A DNA stretch of 47,959 bases, the filler included, from Trypethelium eluteriae (lineage: Eukaryota), in the NCBI GenBank assembly GCA_051942245.1. It is 2 parts of 2 records of this genome, joined end to end, with 100 filler letters (N's around TTAATTAATTAA, not from the genome) between each part and the next. Parts side by side here need not be neighbours in the genome. Positions count along the whole stretch, not along the records: positions 1 to 23,966 come from JAVECL010000410.1; 1 more part is not named here. One strand, 5' to 3'. Of the stretch, positions 11,275 through 24,066 are shown piece by piece. The notes under the pieces were generated by a model, which was given only the letters and a program-made list of their open reading frames with translations, had not been told where the DNA came from and made no database searches. Positions within the stretch are counted from its first letter, which is position 1, and every line of letters starts with the position of its first letter. The position numbers and the translations under genes are program-made.

Positions 11275-12831
11275 CTAGTTCTCCGCGTCACTGTCGTAAT
11301 CTAGAACAGTCTTCTTCCCAGCCTCTTGACTCAAGTACACTTCTTTCGAGGTAGGCGGGATCCCCAACCCATTGCGATTCCTGAAAAAGAGGACACCTTT
11401 GCCCTCGCCTTCGGCGTCATCGCTCGGCTCCACCCAATGGCACCATCTGGCGCTGGTCCACAGCGCCTTGAGGAAGCCCCAAGGACCGCCTGCAGTATCG
11501 CTACGATAGTGATTGCCCATGATAGGCTTGATAGCCTCACTGGCCTCGTCGGCGTGGTAGAAGGGGATGGTGCTCACGTAGTGATGCAAGACGTGCGTCT
11601 CGATAATGCCGTGGAACAGATGGCGTCCAATGAAGCCCATGTCTCGATCAATGGTTGCAGCAGCTCCGCGGGCAAAGGTCCAGGTATGACCTGTATAGTG
11701 AGGAAGAGATGGGTCGGTGTGCTGGAGAAAGGTGATGGCGACTGTGAACCAACATGTTAGGCGTTGGTGAGAAGCATTGCCGGAGACTTACTTACCAAGC
11801 CAGTGATTGACCCAAAGATAGGGGGCAAAATACCAAACAAGCATATTGCTCCAGCCAAACTTTTGACCGAGGATGAAGAGGACCATGCCCACAATAGCAA
11901 GACCCAGGTCACTGAGCAAGATGAGATGTTCATCCTTCTTCTCGTACAGCGGACTTGAGGGCAGAAAATGGTTGATGCCCGAGAAGAAGCCATTCTTCTT
12001 GCCCTTGCCCTTGCCTTCGGGCTGACGCTCATGGAAATCGTGGCCAGTGACATTGGATAGCAGGTATGCGAGCCAGCCCCCAAGCTGCTGATACAATAGA
12101 TGCCACACCGTGTACAGAGGCGCCTCCTCCACCAGCTCGGCAATCTCGTGGGCAGCCTTTCCCCATTTGGACGCGTACTCCTCCCGTGTGGCAGGCACGA
12201 AAACCATGTCACGTTCGATATGACCCGTCGACTTGTGATGCTTGCCATGTGAGATTTTCCAGGAGAAGTAGGGCACAAGGAGTGCGGAATGAAGTAAAAA
12301 TCCCACCGTATCGTTCAGCTTCTTGGACGGCGAGAACGACTGGTGACCAGCCTCATGGGCGAGGACCCAGAGACCTGTCCCAAACAGGCCTTGGACGAAG
12401 GTGTATACCACCCACAGACAAAACCGAACGGCTTTGGAAGGCACTGCTTCAGCCGTCACGTAATGGTAAAAGATATAGAAGACCGTCGCAAGACATGCAA
12501 GGTCACGAGCAACGTATTGCAGACCCTGACGGCCAGACCGTTCGAAGCAGTGCAGGGGAATTGCGTCCCGGATTTGCTTGATGGTGTAATCTGGGATGCT
12601 GAAATCGTTGCCATATGTGTCCACCAGCCTTCCACGACCATCCTTGGCCACAGGCTCCTCCAGGGAGCTGAGCGAGGACAACGAAGTTGACGAGGGTGAT
12701 TGACGTGGCGTCTCCGCGGGAGAGTCTGACGGAGAGACAGCGGTAGAGGTTGATGTTGAGGAGGCAGTGGAGTCGACTTTTAAAGTCGTTCGAAGAAGTG
12801 CCGCATTCTGCGGCAAGGCAGAGCTTGACAT
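11275..12831 (-). CDS. FAD2: Delta-12 (oleate) fatty-acid desaturase; one intron 11742-11795
   Basis: Three His boxes HEAGH, HGKHH, HVLHH; DYTIKQIRDAIP.HCFERS; splicing of a GTAAGT...CAG intron restores WLVAITFLQHTDP. First ATG at 12831. Confidence 0.93.
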
Positions 12832-14305
12832 GATAGGCAAGCGAGTAGGTATCTCTTTGAGAGAATGACGACCAGTGCTAACAGCAGATCAGGTCTGAGG
12901 GTGCCAACAAGGAGACGGCGGGTCCAACTGCAAAGCAAAGGCGAATTAATGAGTTTGTTGAGGACTTCGGTGAATCAAGAGACAAGCGTTGAGGTGCGAT
13001 GTCGTGAATGCGAACCAAGCATCTGACACGAAGAGTGTGAAAGAGGTAGTGGGCAATATCAAGATAAACTCAATGGCCAAGGCCCGATGGCACCCACGAG
13101 AGTCAATGGGGGGGAAGAAAGAGGGATGAAGAGGAGGTGGTTTCTTGGTTTAGAGCGTCGTGAGGGTCTAAAATTTCCCAGCGTGGGCCTGGCGCGGTGG
13201 ACCCTGAATGGAAGAGAGCGACGCACGCACCCATTGCACCTAAGACAAGACGGCGCCCTAGCACTCAACTGGCACTGGAAGCACAGCCAGCCTGCGCAGG
13301 GTCTCAATGGGTAGCCAAGATACCGGACTGGGCTAGCTCCGAGCTAGCGCAGGCTCTAGCCGAGGCTTTCGACGAACTCAGATCTATTACTCGGTACCCC
13401 TCGACTCGCTCCACTGCTTCGAGCCTGGGCAGCCCGAGCATGCTGTGTTCTTGTATACCTTGCTTCCACAAGTGGGGACCATACTCCGTTCTCGTTGCTT
13501 AATAGATTGAATCTGGTCGGTCGAGTTTCTGTAGCATCAAGGAGATCTTGCAGAGAACACGGAATAACTACGGAGTACTTTCGGCGAGGATGCAATTCGT
13601 TTGAGATCAGGGGTATCCCACACCATCTCGTGGCGAGACCAGCTAGGCAGTCCCTTGAAGATCTCTTTTGCACGTTTCTGAGCATTTGGTGGAGGCACCG
13701 GAGGGATCTCCACGGCTTTGTCGTCAGATGTTCAAGCGTCCACACCAGTCCATCTCTCCACATACTTACGGAGTACAGAGCGGTGAGTTGGCCAACCCTT
13801 CACCGCTGCTCCAATTCAAGTCTACTGCCGAGGTCCACAACTTTGGAACCCTCAAACATTTTTTGGTGGTACGGCTTGGCATGCGCGAGAAGGCGTTGCG
13901 GCTTGGAAAGGTCCATCGTAGATTAGTCGCTTGAGGAACGATTCGCAGTTGTGTAATTACCAAAGTATCAACGAGACCAGCTTAGAGCCGCAGCTGCGTT
14001 AAGCATGTGATGTCAGCCATTGCCCACTGCTGGTGCCGAGACCTCCCACGCCCGCACGCCCACCGTCGGACTATTTTCTGTTGAGTGCCAATCCGTGGCT
14101 TGCATCTGTGGCTAAGGCATCGGAGTTGACCCCGATTGTTGGCGCCGCGCCCACATACCTACGCCACACCCCCCCCTTCTTTCCCCCTTCGACATCTACC
14201 GTATCTACGTGCCGCCAGTATCGACCGGTGGTATGAATGTATGGCAGGTTCGAGGTGTATCTAGCTAGGTCATCCATCTTATGGTTCTCTAATGGAGCTG
14301 ATCGA

Positions 14306-16460
14306 CTACATGCAGCTTGCCAAACACGGCCTCCCCTGCACCCTTCCCATTCTCATAGCCCTCTCTTGTTCCCTCTCTGCCACCTCCTCCACATTCAGTA
14401 CCTGCCCTTTGATCACACTAGCCTCGAGGTCTCTCTTACTCACTCCTCGACATCGTGCCATGTATTTGCACTTCCTTGCGCCTTCATCACTGAAGCTCTC
14501 GCGGCAGAACCAAAAACCTGCCTGTGAGCAGGATACACCATACAAATCAACTGCGAGCACGAGGAAGATAAGCGATGTCGTTGTTGCAATGAGCTTCAAC
14601 GACGTCAAGGATTTTGCAGGCCCAAGCGGCAAAAGCATCAGCACGATGGACACTGCGAAGCGGAGCGCGAGGCGGTGGCGCTTGCGCAGACGTGCCGTCG
14701 CAATCGTGCGATGCTCATTTGAGGCCGATAGAATACCCATACAGGCGAGAGCGATGCCGAGTCCCGTGCAGTAGAACCAGCGCTGGCCCCGACTGACTTC
14801 CAGTTCGGAGCGTGCCATGTAAGTCTCGGAGAGGGTTTCCATGGATGATCGGGATGTATCATGAGCAAGCAGAATGCGACTTAATGCCGCGCCGGAAATG
14901 GCATAGGCCATGACCAAGGGAACATGGGAGGAGACCCATAAGAACGCTACAGATGTATGAGTGACTTCTTTCGCCAAGCGCTGGGAACAACTTGGGTAGC
15001 CTGGACTTACACGTGACGAAATGACGCCTGATGGCATGCGTATGCAAATTCCAGCTGTCGACCTCAAAATACATCCACCCCAGACTAAATGCCTGCACCA
15101 ATCCTAGAGATGCCTTCCCTAAGAAATCATTGAAATTCTGAGTCGCTGTGGCCCGACTCTGATACATCAACCCTACCACGCTGTAACCTAATACGAGGAT
15201 GAAGAAGGCGCCCGATCGCTCAATCCGATGCTCCAGATTGACGCCCGGGTGGAACTCAAAGCTCTTCCTAGCCCAACCCCGTAGCTGGTCTGTGGGAAAC
15301 TTCTCCATCGACCGCTGCAGCAGCATGGTCAATCCAACCCCAAAGATGTCGAACACGATGGCAACCCAGATCAGCGGCTGCCGTCGTGCCACTGACTCCA
15401 CGTGAATGCTACCGATCCAGAGTGCCGCGGGAACCAACGCAGCAAGCATCTGCCCAACCATTGTCATACGGACCATCGGAATGAGGTACGCCGCACCCGC
15501 AAAGGATGCAGCCGTGAACAGACGAGCGGCAAGGTAGCAAGCAACGAGGGGCGTCCACGTCGTGCTGAAGCATTCGGAGATCGAGGTAGTGAAGGCCAGG
15601 AGGCAGGCGAGGGTGAAGAGGATCGAAAGGCGACGGACGACATCGTCGGCATCGAACCAATTTACCATCAGCGAAACGTCTGTCCAGATCTTCCAGCCCA
15701 TATTGAAGGTGATGGCAAAGCGAAGGAGCGATTCGCCCGTTGCCTCTTCTACCGCCGAGTCTCCCGCAACAGCGATGATGCCCACGTAGAGAAGGTCCAC
15801 AAAGAGCTCGTACCACGCAACTTCCTGCGTCTCTTGGGCGCGCCAAAGGAGGCCCTTGTGAAAGTATTGACGTACAATGGGTTTGACGAAGAATTTCATC
15901 ATCCGACCCTTCTTTCTTTCCGCATCCCAATCTCGTGGCCCATGCTCATCGTCATCGTCGTGTTCATCGTATAACGAATTTGCTGAGCTCGAGTTGGGAC
16001 TGCTGTTATGTGTTCGCAAATGTGCGCTGTAACCGTATTTTGAAAAGCTCGCATCTAGCTGGACGGCATGCTCTGATATCGTGTGTAACTCGTTGGACAA
16101 TGAGTCCATGTTGCGAATGACACTCTCGAGCTCTTCAAAAAGATCACTGTGTTTTTCTCGCAACGCATTGCGTCGGCCTTCATGGTAAGCATGCGCATCT
16201 CTCAACGCTTCGACGTGCTCTGCCGAGCCATGGATGACGAGCTCGAAATCGCCCTCCTTTTCGATCGCGCTGACGGTCTTGCGAAGGATTTCAATGTCGC
16301 TGGGTGAGGCTGCGACGTGGACTTTCTTGCCATCAGGGTGGAGGAAATGGCGAATGCGTTTACCTGAGTGGTGCTGGTGTCCTCCGAACGAGACGCGATG
16401 ATGCTGACTAGGTGCCAATGTCGAAGCCGTCTCAAAGGTCGTTGTCGGCGTCGTCGACAT
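14306..16460 (-). CDS. Low temperature requirement A (LtrA)-family multi-pass membrane protein; intron 14947-15010
   Basis: WYELFVDLLYVG, EHRIER.GAF..LVLG and HAIRRH motifs with multiple hydrophobic segments. A GTAAGT...TAG intron joins the two ORFs in frame. Start ATG is uncertain. Confidence 0.85.
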
Positions 16461-16996
16461 CGTGCCAGCGACGCAAGCCCGACGGCAGACTGAAGACACC
16501 TTCGAGAGGGCGCACACCCGCTATGTATAGGGCCGTCATGTCGCCGCATATGAACCGAAGATAATGGAAGGTGCCAAGCCTTGGAATGGCTGAAGGAAGA
16601 GCGGCATTTCGCGAAGCTACCAATCAACAACGTTTTTGCAACGCCTACGACCAGAATAGCAGTGGTGATAGGAGGTGCGTAAGCCACCAGAATTGCTGAC
16701 TTAGCGTGAGGCTGAAAGGGAAAATAGAACGCCACCGCTGTAGTCCCACCACTAAAGTTCGATCACTAAATTTCTTAAGCCATCTCCTCTGGGTGGAATG
16801 AATGTATTGAGCTACGAGCAGTTCTAGTCTTAGAAACAATTCTATGAAAAATGGCGACTACCTGGGTCGACCACTCACACACCTCTTCCCTCTGGGAAGT
16901 GAAATTAGAGTCAGCCATTCGTGGTGAGTTTCTCGGCAGCCGTCCTAATATCGTGCCAAACCACATCACTACCTATCAGTTGAAAATTATCCTTCA

Positions 16997-19171
16997 TCAT
17001 TCTGTCTTCCTTGGATTGTCTCTTGCTTGACTATACTGTGCCGTCACCTCCACTGGCTCCTCCGTTTCATCTGGAAACCTAATGCTCCTTCCCATCACCG
17101 GAGCTGCACCTGGCAGAGGTGTTTTTGTTCCAGATTGGAGAGGGGAACTGGTAACACTGCTAGAAACGCTACGCTGTGGACTCCCTGATCTGGTGAACGC
17201 AGGCGGAAGTCTCGGCGACATTGGACGACTGGGAGCCATTGATAGTTGGGGACTCCCTGACGCAGGGGACACAGGCAGGGGACTGGGATGGTCCATGGGT
17301 CTGCCGATGACACGGACGTCTCGAGGGGCAGAGATGCTTTCTTTTCGAGGACCTGGCAGCACGTACCCTTCTTCAGCGGGCGAGCTCCTCCGAAGATTGC
17401 CTAACCTCTTGATACCAAAGAGGTGGCGGGAAAAAGACGTTTCATCAGAACGCGAAGCGCTACGCGGATTTGGAAGACGGTTGGTGGTGTGCTCTGTTGT
17501 GGCATGTTCGCTCAGATGAATGGGAGTATTTGGCTCGTAACTTTCCCTCTCGGTGCTGACGGCATTGGAAATGGTGCGTGGAAGCCAGACGCCAAATTTA
17601 CCAAGAGGAACGCTCAGTCCATGCACGACCTAAATCACCATTGAGATACTGCTCCTACAGGGAAGGACAACGAGCATAAAATGAAGACGAACCAACTCAC
17701 AATGCTGCAGATTGCCAGGAACCAGATAACTACCGTCATCACTTCTGCTAAGGTCGACACATCGCCTCGCATTTGACCCTCGAAAGTGATTTGATCGAGG
17801 AAATCTAGACTCACGTAGAGGTAGAAGATAGCGCTCACACCGATCGGTCCAAAGAATCCGACGAAGAGAGTTTGACGGAGCTCTTCAATCTGAGGGATTT
17901 TCTTATGCAGCAGAAAGACGATTGGCAGGCGACGTAAGAGCAGGATCAGGAGGCCAAGGGGGATCAAACGATAGATTGGGATGACGTTATTATGCGCGAA
18001 GATGTACCAGGGGCAGACGGCTCCGAACCACATGAAGACGGCAACGTTAAGCAACATATCAATGGTCGGTTGCAACGAATCATCGAGTGTTTCTAGTCGA
18101 AACCAATCGCTGGAGATTATTGTTAGCAGCTAATCACGAAAGGCTCTTCAACATCAGACTCACTCCCATGTAAAGGCGTTGCCAGCGATGAAACAAGCAA
18201 GAACGTCGTCGCTTCCAATCATTCCTACGGTACCTGTAATGAACAGCTGAAGGTGCTCAACTCTCAGCATCCTAGTCTCCTAAAATGGGTTGCTGTATGG
18301 CGACACTCACTGCGAGGGTGATTGCAAACACGAGGAAGCTCTCCCGATCTACATACCTCCTCTCCTCGGCCCAATGAAGTAGCTCTTTCGCCAGATATCC
18401 AACTACAGCGCCATAGACCACACTCAGAAGAATCGTGTATCCCCATGTCTCCCCAAACCAATAACCCATTGCCTTTGCCGCGCCGCCCGTCTGACCGATG
18501 CCGCCATCACCCACATACTTGATCAGATACAAGGGCAGGAATAGGAAGGGATAGCCCAACCCATCATTCGCTCCGGACTCGGCAATAATGATCTTTTGCA
18601 ACTCCTTCGGCACGTTCTTATCAGCAAATTTGCCCTTAACAATGCTGTTACTCAGAACGGGATCCGTCGGGGTCACGCTTGCGCCAACGGCGAGCGCATG
18701 TAGAAAGGTCAGATTCGGCACCAGCGCCCACACCAGCAAGCTGGTGCAGATCCACATTCCTGTCATGCCGGGGCCGAGAAGAAGGGCGAGCGACTTCCAT
18801 TCTTTGTAGAGGTATTTGGAAGGGAGTTGGACGCCAGCCAAGACGAGCTGTACGCCAAGGACGAGACGGGTGAAGTAGAGGGTGATAGTATTGAGGTTGG
18901 CTTCGGAGCCCGCGGCGAACTCGAGAGGTTTGATGAGGTTGGTGGCGTGGGGGGAAAATATCAAGCCTGCAATGAGCGAAATCACTGCGTAATGGTATGC
19001 AACGTCAGTAAGGGCAGAGAAGCAGTGAGGAGATTGAGGTTGAGAAGACCCACGGGCTTCAGATAGGTAGAATTTCTCCTTGAGAAGATAGGAGACAAGG
19101 CCAAAGAGGGTGATGAAACCACCGAGCGTTGCACAAACAACGTTGAAGTTTACCACTTCTAGCGAGGGCAT
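16997..19171 (-). CDS. Plasma-membrane Na+(K+)/H+ antiporter, Nha1/Sod2 family; introns 18985-19053, 18247-18310, 18110-18163, 17630-17700
   Basis: PTDPVL, ESGANDGLG, GSDDVLACF.AG, FFGPIGV and VVHGLS motifs; four GT-AG introns give a continuous frame. Confidence 0.92.
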
Positions 19172-21134
19172 CTCTGCCGACTTTCCTGGAGAAGGTCGTC
19201 TTTCGGATACAATCGAATGATGGACCTTGCAACGGCCGATGTGGACTTCGTGGCTGTCGAAAATTCGTCTTCTTAATGGAATGTCAAGTAGAAGTGTCAG
19301 GTAGGAGCGGCAGGTAGGGCCGTCAGAGCCAAATGTGGCCTATATTGCACCGTGGCGCGTTCCACTGATGTTATTGAATCATTTGGTTGATGATTTCTGA
19401 AGTGGACCGTTACTTCCAAAGGAGCCACTTCGAAGTTGGGCCCGAAAATTGTCGCCTTCGATTGCCGACTCTAGGTCGAAGCCATCAGTGCTGGTGTCGC
19501 AAGATAGATTGTTAGAAGATACCGACGCATTAAGATGATGACGGTGGGCAGGTGGACGGTGGAGTGTGGGCGCTAGAAACAAGTGTTTGTCCTTGGCAGC
19601 AGCCGAGCAGCATCTTTGCTGTTCCGTCATATCCGTTATCTTGGATGCTTAGCTTCTCAGCCTTGAGGTTCATTGGACAGATGGACGGAGAGCCTTGTGG
19701 GTTCTTTTAGCTGAATTTGAGTTCCTCAAGCAATTCTGGCGTGCATGTGATGATCCCTACAGAGTACACAGTATACCAGTCACATAAGCCTATTCAGGTA
19801 CCTATTTCCATACTACCTTACCTTATGTACTCCATACCATGCTATGTACTCGGGTAGAGACAGTATTGCGCACCGCGCCGCGCTCACGAGGGTTCGAAAG
19901 ATATAACATATTCGGGGATAAATCCTGGGGTTTGGCTTCCTGTTCAACTCTGGACTACTTGTTACAAGAAACCTCCTTTAGCTCTAGTGTTCTGACGCTT
20001 GAGCCACCCAGGGGGTGCAGGGGATGATCTGCCTTGCTGAGACTGCAAGTCAACATGTGCCCCCACCAATCCCCCACTTCTGTCTCGAATTGCCTTATGT
20101 AGGAAACCGCTTGCCAATCATGGGCATTCGAGATTGGACGCTGATTGCGGGGCACGTTTCTCAAAGTAGCAGCAGAGATCGACGTGGACGCTTGCAGCAG
20201 CTTCTTAACGTCTCGAGTTGCGATCGTCATTGGACTTTTGTTGTTAGGAGGGAGGTTCTTGACAGATCTATTCAGTGAATATACAAGGGGCATTTGCTAT
20301 GAATGAGTGCATTTGATCCATGCTAAGATAAAAGTATATTATTGATAGCTGAGATACACCCGCCTTATCGTTGCAGAGTCATCGCATCTCGTCTCCTGCC
20401 AGGCCAAATAGAAGCTCGAGTCCCAAGCCAAATAGTAGATGGTAAAGAAATGCCACGGCAGCCACTCTGGCCCATGATGAGTAAGAGACCTGTGAACAGC
20501 TAGCACCGTGAAGTTTCAGTGTGCAAGAGAGATTGGGAAATTTGTGTGTAGTTGTAGGAGATTTGTCGTTGAAGTGTCTGGGATTTCAAATGCAGAAAAT
20601 CCTAATCCGACATGCGCAAAAAAAGTAAGGAAAGGCAGAGAAGGAGAAAGAAATAAAAACCCCATCGAACTAATGGCTGGAAATTGTACAAGCCGAAGAG
20701 AGGAAAATCATCATCGATTCGCTGTTGTTACACCCGTTCGCCGTGCTTGCATGATAGACGTCGATGCTAGCGTCTACCATGACGGTGGATCTAAGAGATC
20801 TCAAGGGACATGTGTACCGCCAGATGCAAGGATGCAGCTGCTGCAAAAATTCATCCTGAAATCCGATGTCTTTCTAATGTAACAGAGGCCGTCATCGATC
20901 GTAAGAGTCTTCGAGCAAGGCGAGACACCGACTTAGTAAGGTGGTCGGTCGTTGGATTCGCGGTTGTAGGGACTCTGTGTTTTGAAAGCCAATAACCAGA
21001 GAGTATAAGAAAACCCGGCCTTGCAATGCATATAAGAGGAACCAGCCTTGTGCACTGGAATGATTGTGGCCGTCAAGTTCATGATTATCGTCGTCGAAGT
21101 CGTGTCTGTCCCTCTATCATATAATTCACATTGC

Positions 21135-23752
21135 TCAAAACCAGTTGCTGTACTGCGGCTGAGGTTGTTGCTGTGAGACAGGGCGACCAAAAGGAGCAAA
21201 AGGCTGTTGTACAGGAGCGCCAGCGAAGGCGGTCTGGCCGAAGGCGCCAGTAGATGCGTTATTCATGCGAGGAGCTGCGCCGTATCCACTATTCACAACG
21301 CCGAAACTGTTGGGAGGGCTGCGGTAAGCGTGCTCAGTACCATGACGGCGGGCCACGCTTCCAAATTGGGTTGAAGCGGGCAGCTGCGCGGGCGAAGAGA
21401 TGTCGTGTGGTGTGTTGTGACCACTGGACTCACCACTTAGGCGTCCGTCGCGCTCGGCGATTTTACCCGAGATGCGCTTACCATGAGGAGTCGACTTGAT
21501 AGATCCCAGGTGGGGACGAATGGCATCGACGAGACGGCCTTTGGTCTCCGGATCGGAATAGTCCATCGCCGTCTGGATCACATAGTTGGCGTACGAGTCG
21601 CGCAGGAGGCGCTCGAGTTCGTTGGGATTCATCAGCTCGTCAATCATCATGCGCTTAGTCTCCATATCGGCCGTACGGATGCACTTTTCGATGACGTTGG
21701 AGCTGAATTTTTGTTTCGAAAGGTTTGCAACCTGATTCAGGAAACCCAGACAGAGGGGCTGAGAGAAAGCCGGTTCTCCGAGATCGAGGATATACTGTAC
21801 AACGTAGTTGCCGAATGGATCCTGAACGAGCGTGTAGGAGTTGTCGGTAATCTGACGCACAAGCTGAGCCTTTTGGTTGCCAGAAGCATGATCGATGCAG
21901 CGTTGCAGGACGCAGCATCCGTGGCGATGAGTTCCGACGACAACGCAATTAGCGCCAACGGCGTTGAAAATGAACTGAGCATCTTCGGAGGTGAGGTGGT
22001 TGAGACATTTTTGGATCACATGGTTGCCGTTCAGGTCCTGGATGAGAGAGACGACTTGGTCACGAAGCGCATCGATAATCATATCGATCTCGAATCTAGT
22101 CAGCATGTAGGTTCTCCGTACAGCTTAGGTTCTACGCACCTGTTCCTGAGATGAGATGAACTCAATCATCTTTTGCAAAGCACGAGTGCCATGCTGATTG
22201 ACAGCAATCAGGTTCATACGAGGCGCTGCGTTACGAATGAGCACTGTACGTTGTGCATCGGTAGTATATTCGAGTAGTTTCTGGCATAGATAATTCCCGA
22301 ACGGATCTGAACAAAAGTCAGTCCCGCAAGCTTCGATGTGTAGACCGCGTGCAAAACTGTACTTACCGGTCATGAGCTCCACAACGTGGTCACTTGTTTC
22401 GGCAAAGATCATTTGAATATGCTCAGGCTCACGGTCCTCGAGCTGCTTTTGCAAGAAGCGACAGCCGTGCTGGTCCTTGCATAGACCGTAAATTTCACCC
22501 TTGATCTGACCGAGCTCGACGTGAGAGAAGCGAGCATTTTCTATATATCACATCAGTCGGTTGAAAAGTTTCCGCCGAGTCTGGCGACGTTGACTCACCT
22601 TCACCATTCTGCGCACGACGTGCCTGGATGACGCGGGCTTGGCTGTCGTGCACACGCGGTTGACTGTATTGTCCATACTGCTGATACATGGCATACTGAG
22701 GCTGATATACAGCCATGGGATTCTGCCATGGTGGCTGGACACCCACTTGCACTCCGTTCAGGCCGGCCATCATCTGCATGCTGTATCCGTTGTAGACTGG
22801 GCCTTGATTCTGGAAAGAACTGAATGATGAGGGGGCAGAGGCACCAGAAGTTGCCTGCTGTTGATCATCCGATTCACCAGATGGTGAATTCAAAGTGGGT
22901 CCAAAAGGCGCAGCGCTGGCCTGCAGCACAGACTGCAGAGGGCGGAACGTCGTGCCTTGCTCGTCTGCATGGCTTTCTCCTCCAGAGAGCTCGCGGCTAT
23001 GACGCTTGACGGCGCCAGGAGGAATGCGGCCCATGCTTGCATTATGGTTCTGAAAGTGCTGTTCTGCATGAGTTTTGGCCGCAGCCGTTGGAGAAGCGAG
23101 AGATCCGCTCGTGCTACTAATGTTCTTCACAGTAGGAATATCATTGGTCGAGTATGACGACTGGAGTTTCGGTGGAGTAGGAGTGCTGGCCTGATTGGAG
23201 GGTGAAGAGAAGAGGCCTGGGCGCTTGACCTCCGAATAAGTATTGTATGTCGCACCCATAGAATGACGGTTCGGAGCAGCAGCCTTGGTAGGAGTTTGAG
23301 CGCCTGACCCAATTGGTGTGGAGACGTAATCATCTAGCTGCTGTGACATGGGACGCATCCTGTTCATGGGAAGTGATTGCTGAGCACGCTGGTGGCGACC
23401 AAAGGTAGACCATGCGGCGCCAGCGGGCCCAGTCTCCGTCTCCGTGGGTGGTGACTGAGCAAGGTCTAAAGCAGCAGAGTTGTCCGAGAGCTGAGATCCA
23501 CCGGCTGACATGTTGCCGAGCTGTACACCGTTGGAGCCTTCGGAGCGAAGCAGGACCGGGAATGGATCGTTAGATTGACCTACTTGATAAAAGGTGTTCC
23601 TGGTAGGAGAGGAAATAGTATTCTGGGCCGTTTGAGTACCTTGCTTGTCGTCCTCGTCGCCGAGCAGGTCTTTCGGGAGATGCTGGAGAACTGAACCAAG
23701 ATCGGGCATATCGCGGCCACGACTGGTGACAGGCATAGAGTTCCTGTTCAAG
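21135..23752 (-). CDS. Pumilio-family RNA-binding protein, Puf4/Mpt5 type, 5' exon(s) missing; introns 22541-22598, 22307-22366, 22089-22139
   Basis: Eight PUF repeats with recognition motifs CRFLQ, NYLCQ, TRALQ, NHVIQ, CCVLQ, NYVVQ, SNVIE, NYVIQ. A branch point plus acceptor (GCTAAC...AAG) at 23753-23770 implies an upstream exon toward or inside the gap. Confidence 0.92.
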
Positions 23753-23966
23753 CTTTGAACGTCGTTAGCAATCAGACACGGGTCGAAGCAAGGTCAAGTC
23801 AAAATGAGAGGTGGAGCTAGCCGTGAAGGTGAAGGGTGAAGGAGGGTGGGGGAAAGTGAGGAGAGAGCTCTGCAGACCTGAATCCGCACAAATGGAGCGA
23901 ATCTATGCACCTGCATGGATGCACGTGGTAGGGGTCAGGTGTGATTAGGCTACAATAGGTGGGGAG

Positions 23967-24066
23967 NNNNNNNNNNNNNNNNNNNNNNNNNNNNNNNNNN
24001 NNNNNNNNNNTTAATTAATTAANNNNNNNNNNNNNNNNNNNNNNNNNNNNNNNNNNNNNNNNNNNN
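23967..24066. other. Artificial contig linker: 44 N + TTAATTAATTAA + 44 N
   Basis: Exactly 100 nt and symmetric; the central palindrome has stop codons in all six frames. Confidence 0.97.

Noticed and set aside
13356..13963. Short overlapping ORFs between FAD2 and the LtrA gene
   Set aside because: Mostly non-ATG starts, no motifs or consistent splice structure; probably promoter and terminator DNA.
20270..20740. UGUA-containing sites downstream of the Puf gene as autoregulatory elements
   Set aside because: Only imperfect matches to the Puf4 consensus, and the 3' UTR extent is unknown.
21483..22154. Long antisense ORFs (223 aa here; also 28607-29260, 44986-45612, 15402-15974)
   Set aside because: They shadow well-supported genes on the opposite strand and show no recognisable motifs.
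24011..24022. TTAATTAATTAA palindrome as a biological element
   Set aside because: Centred in a symmetric N run; it is an assembly spacer.
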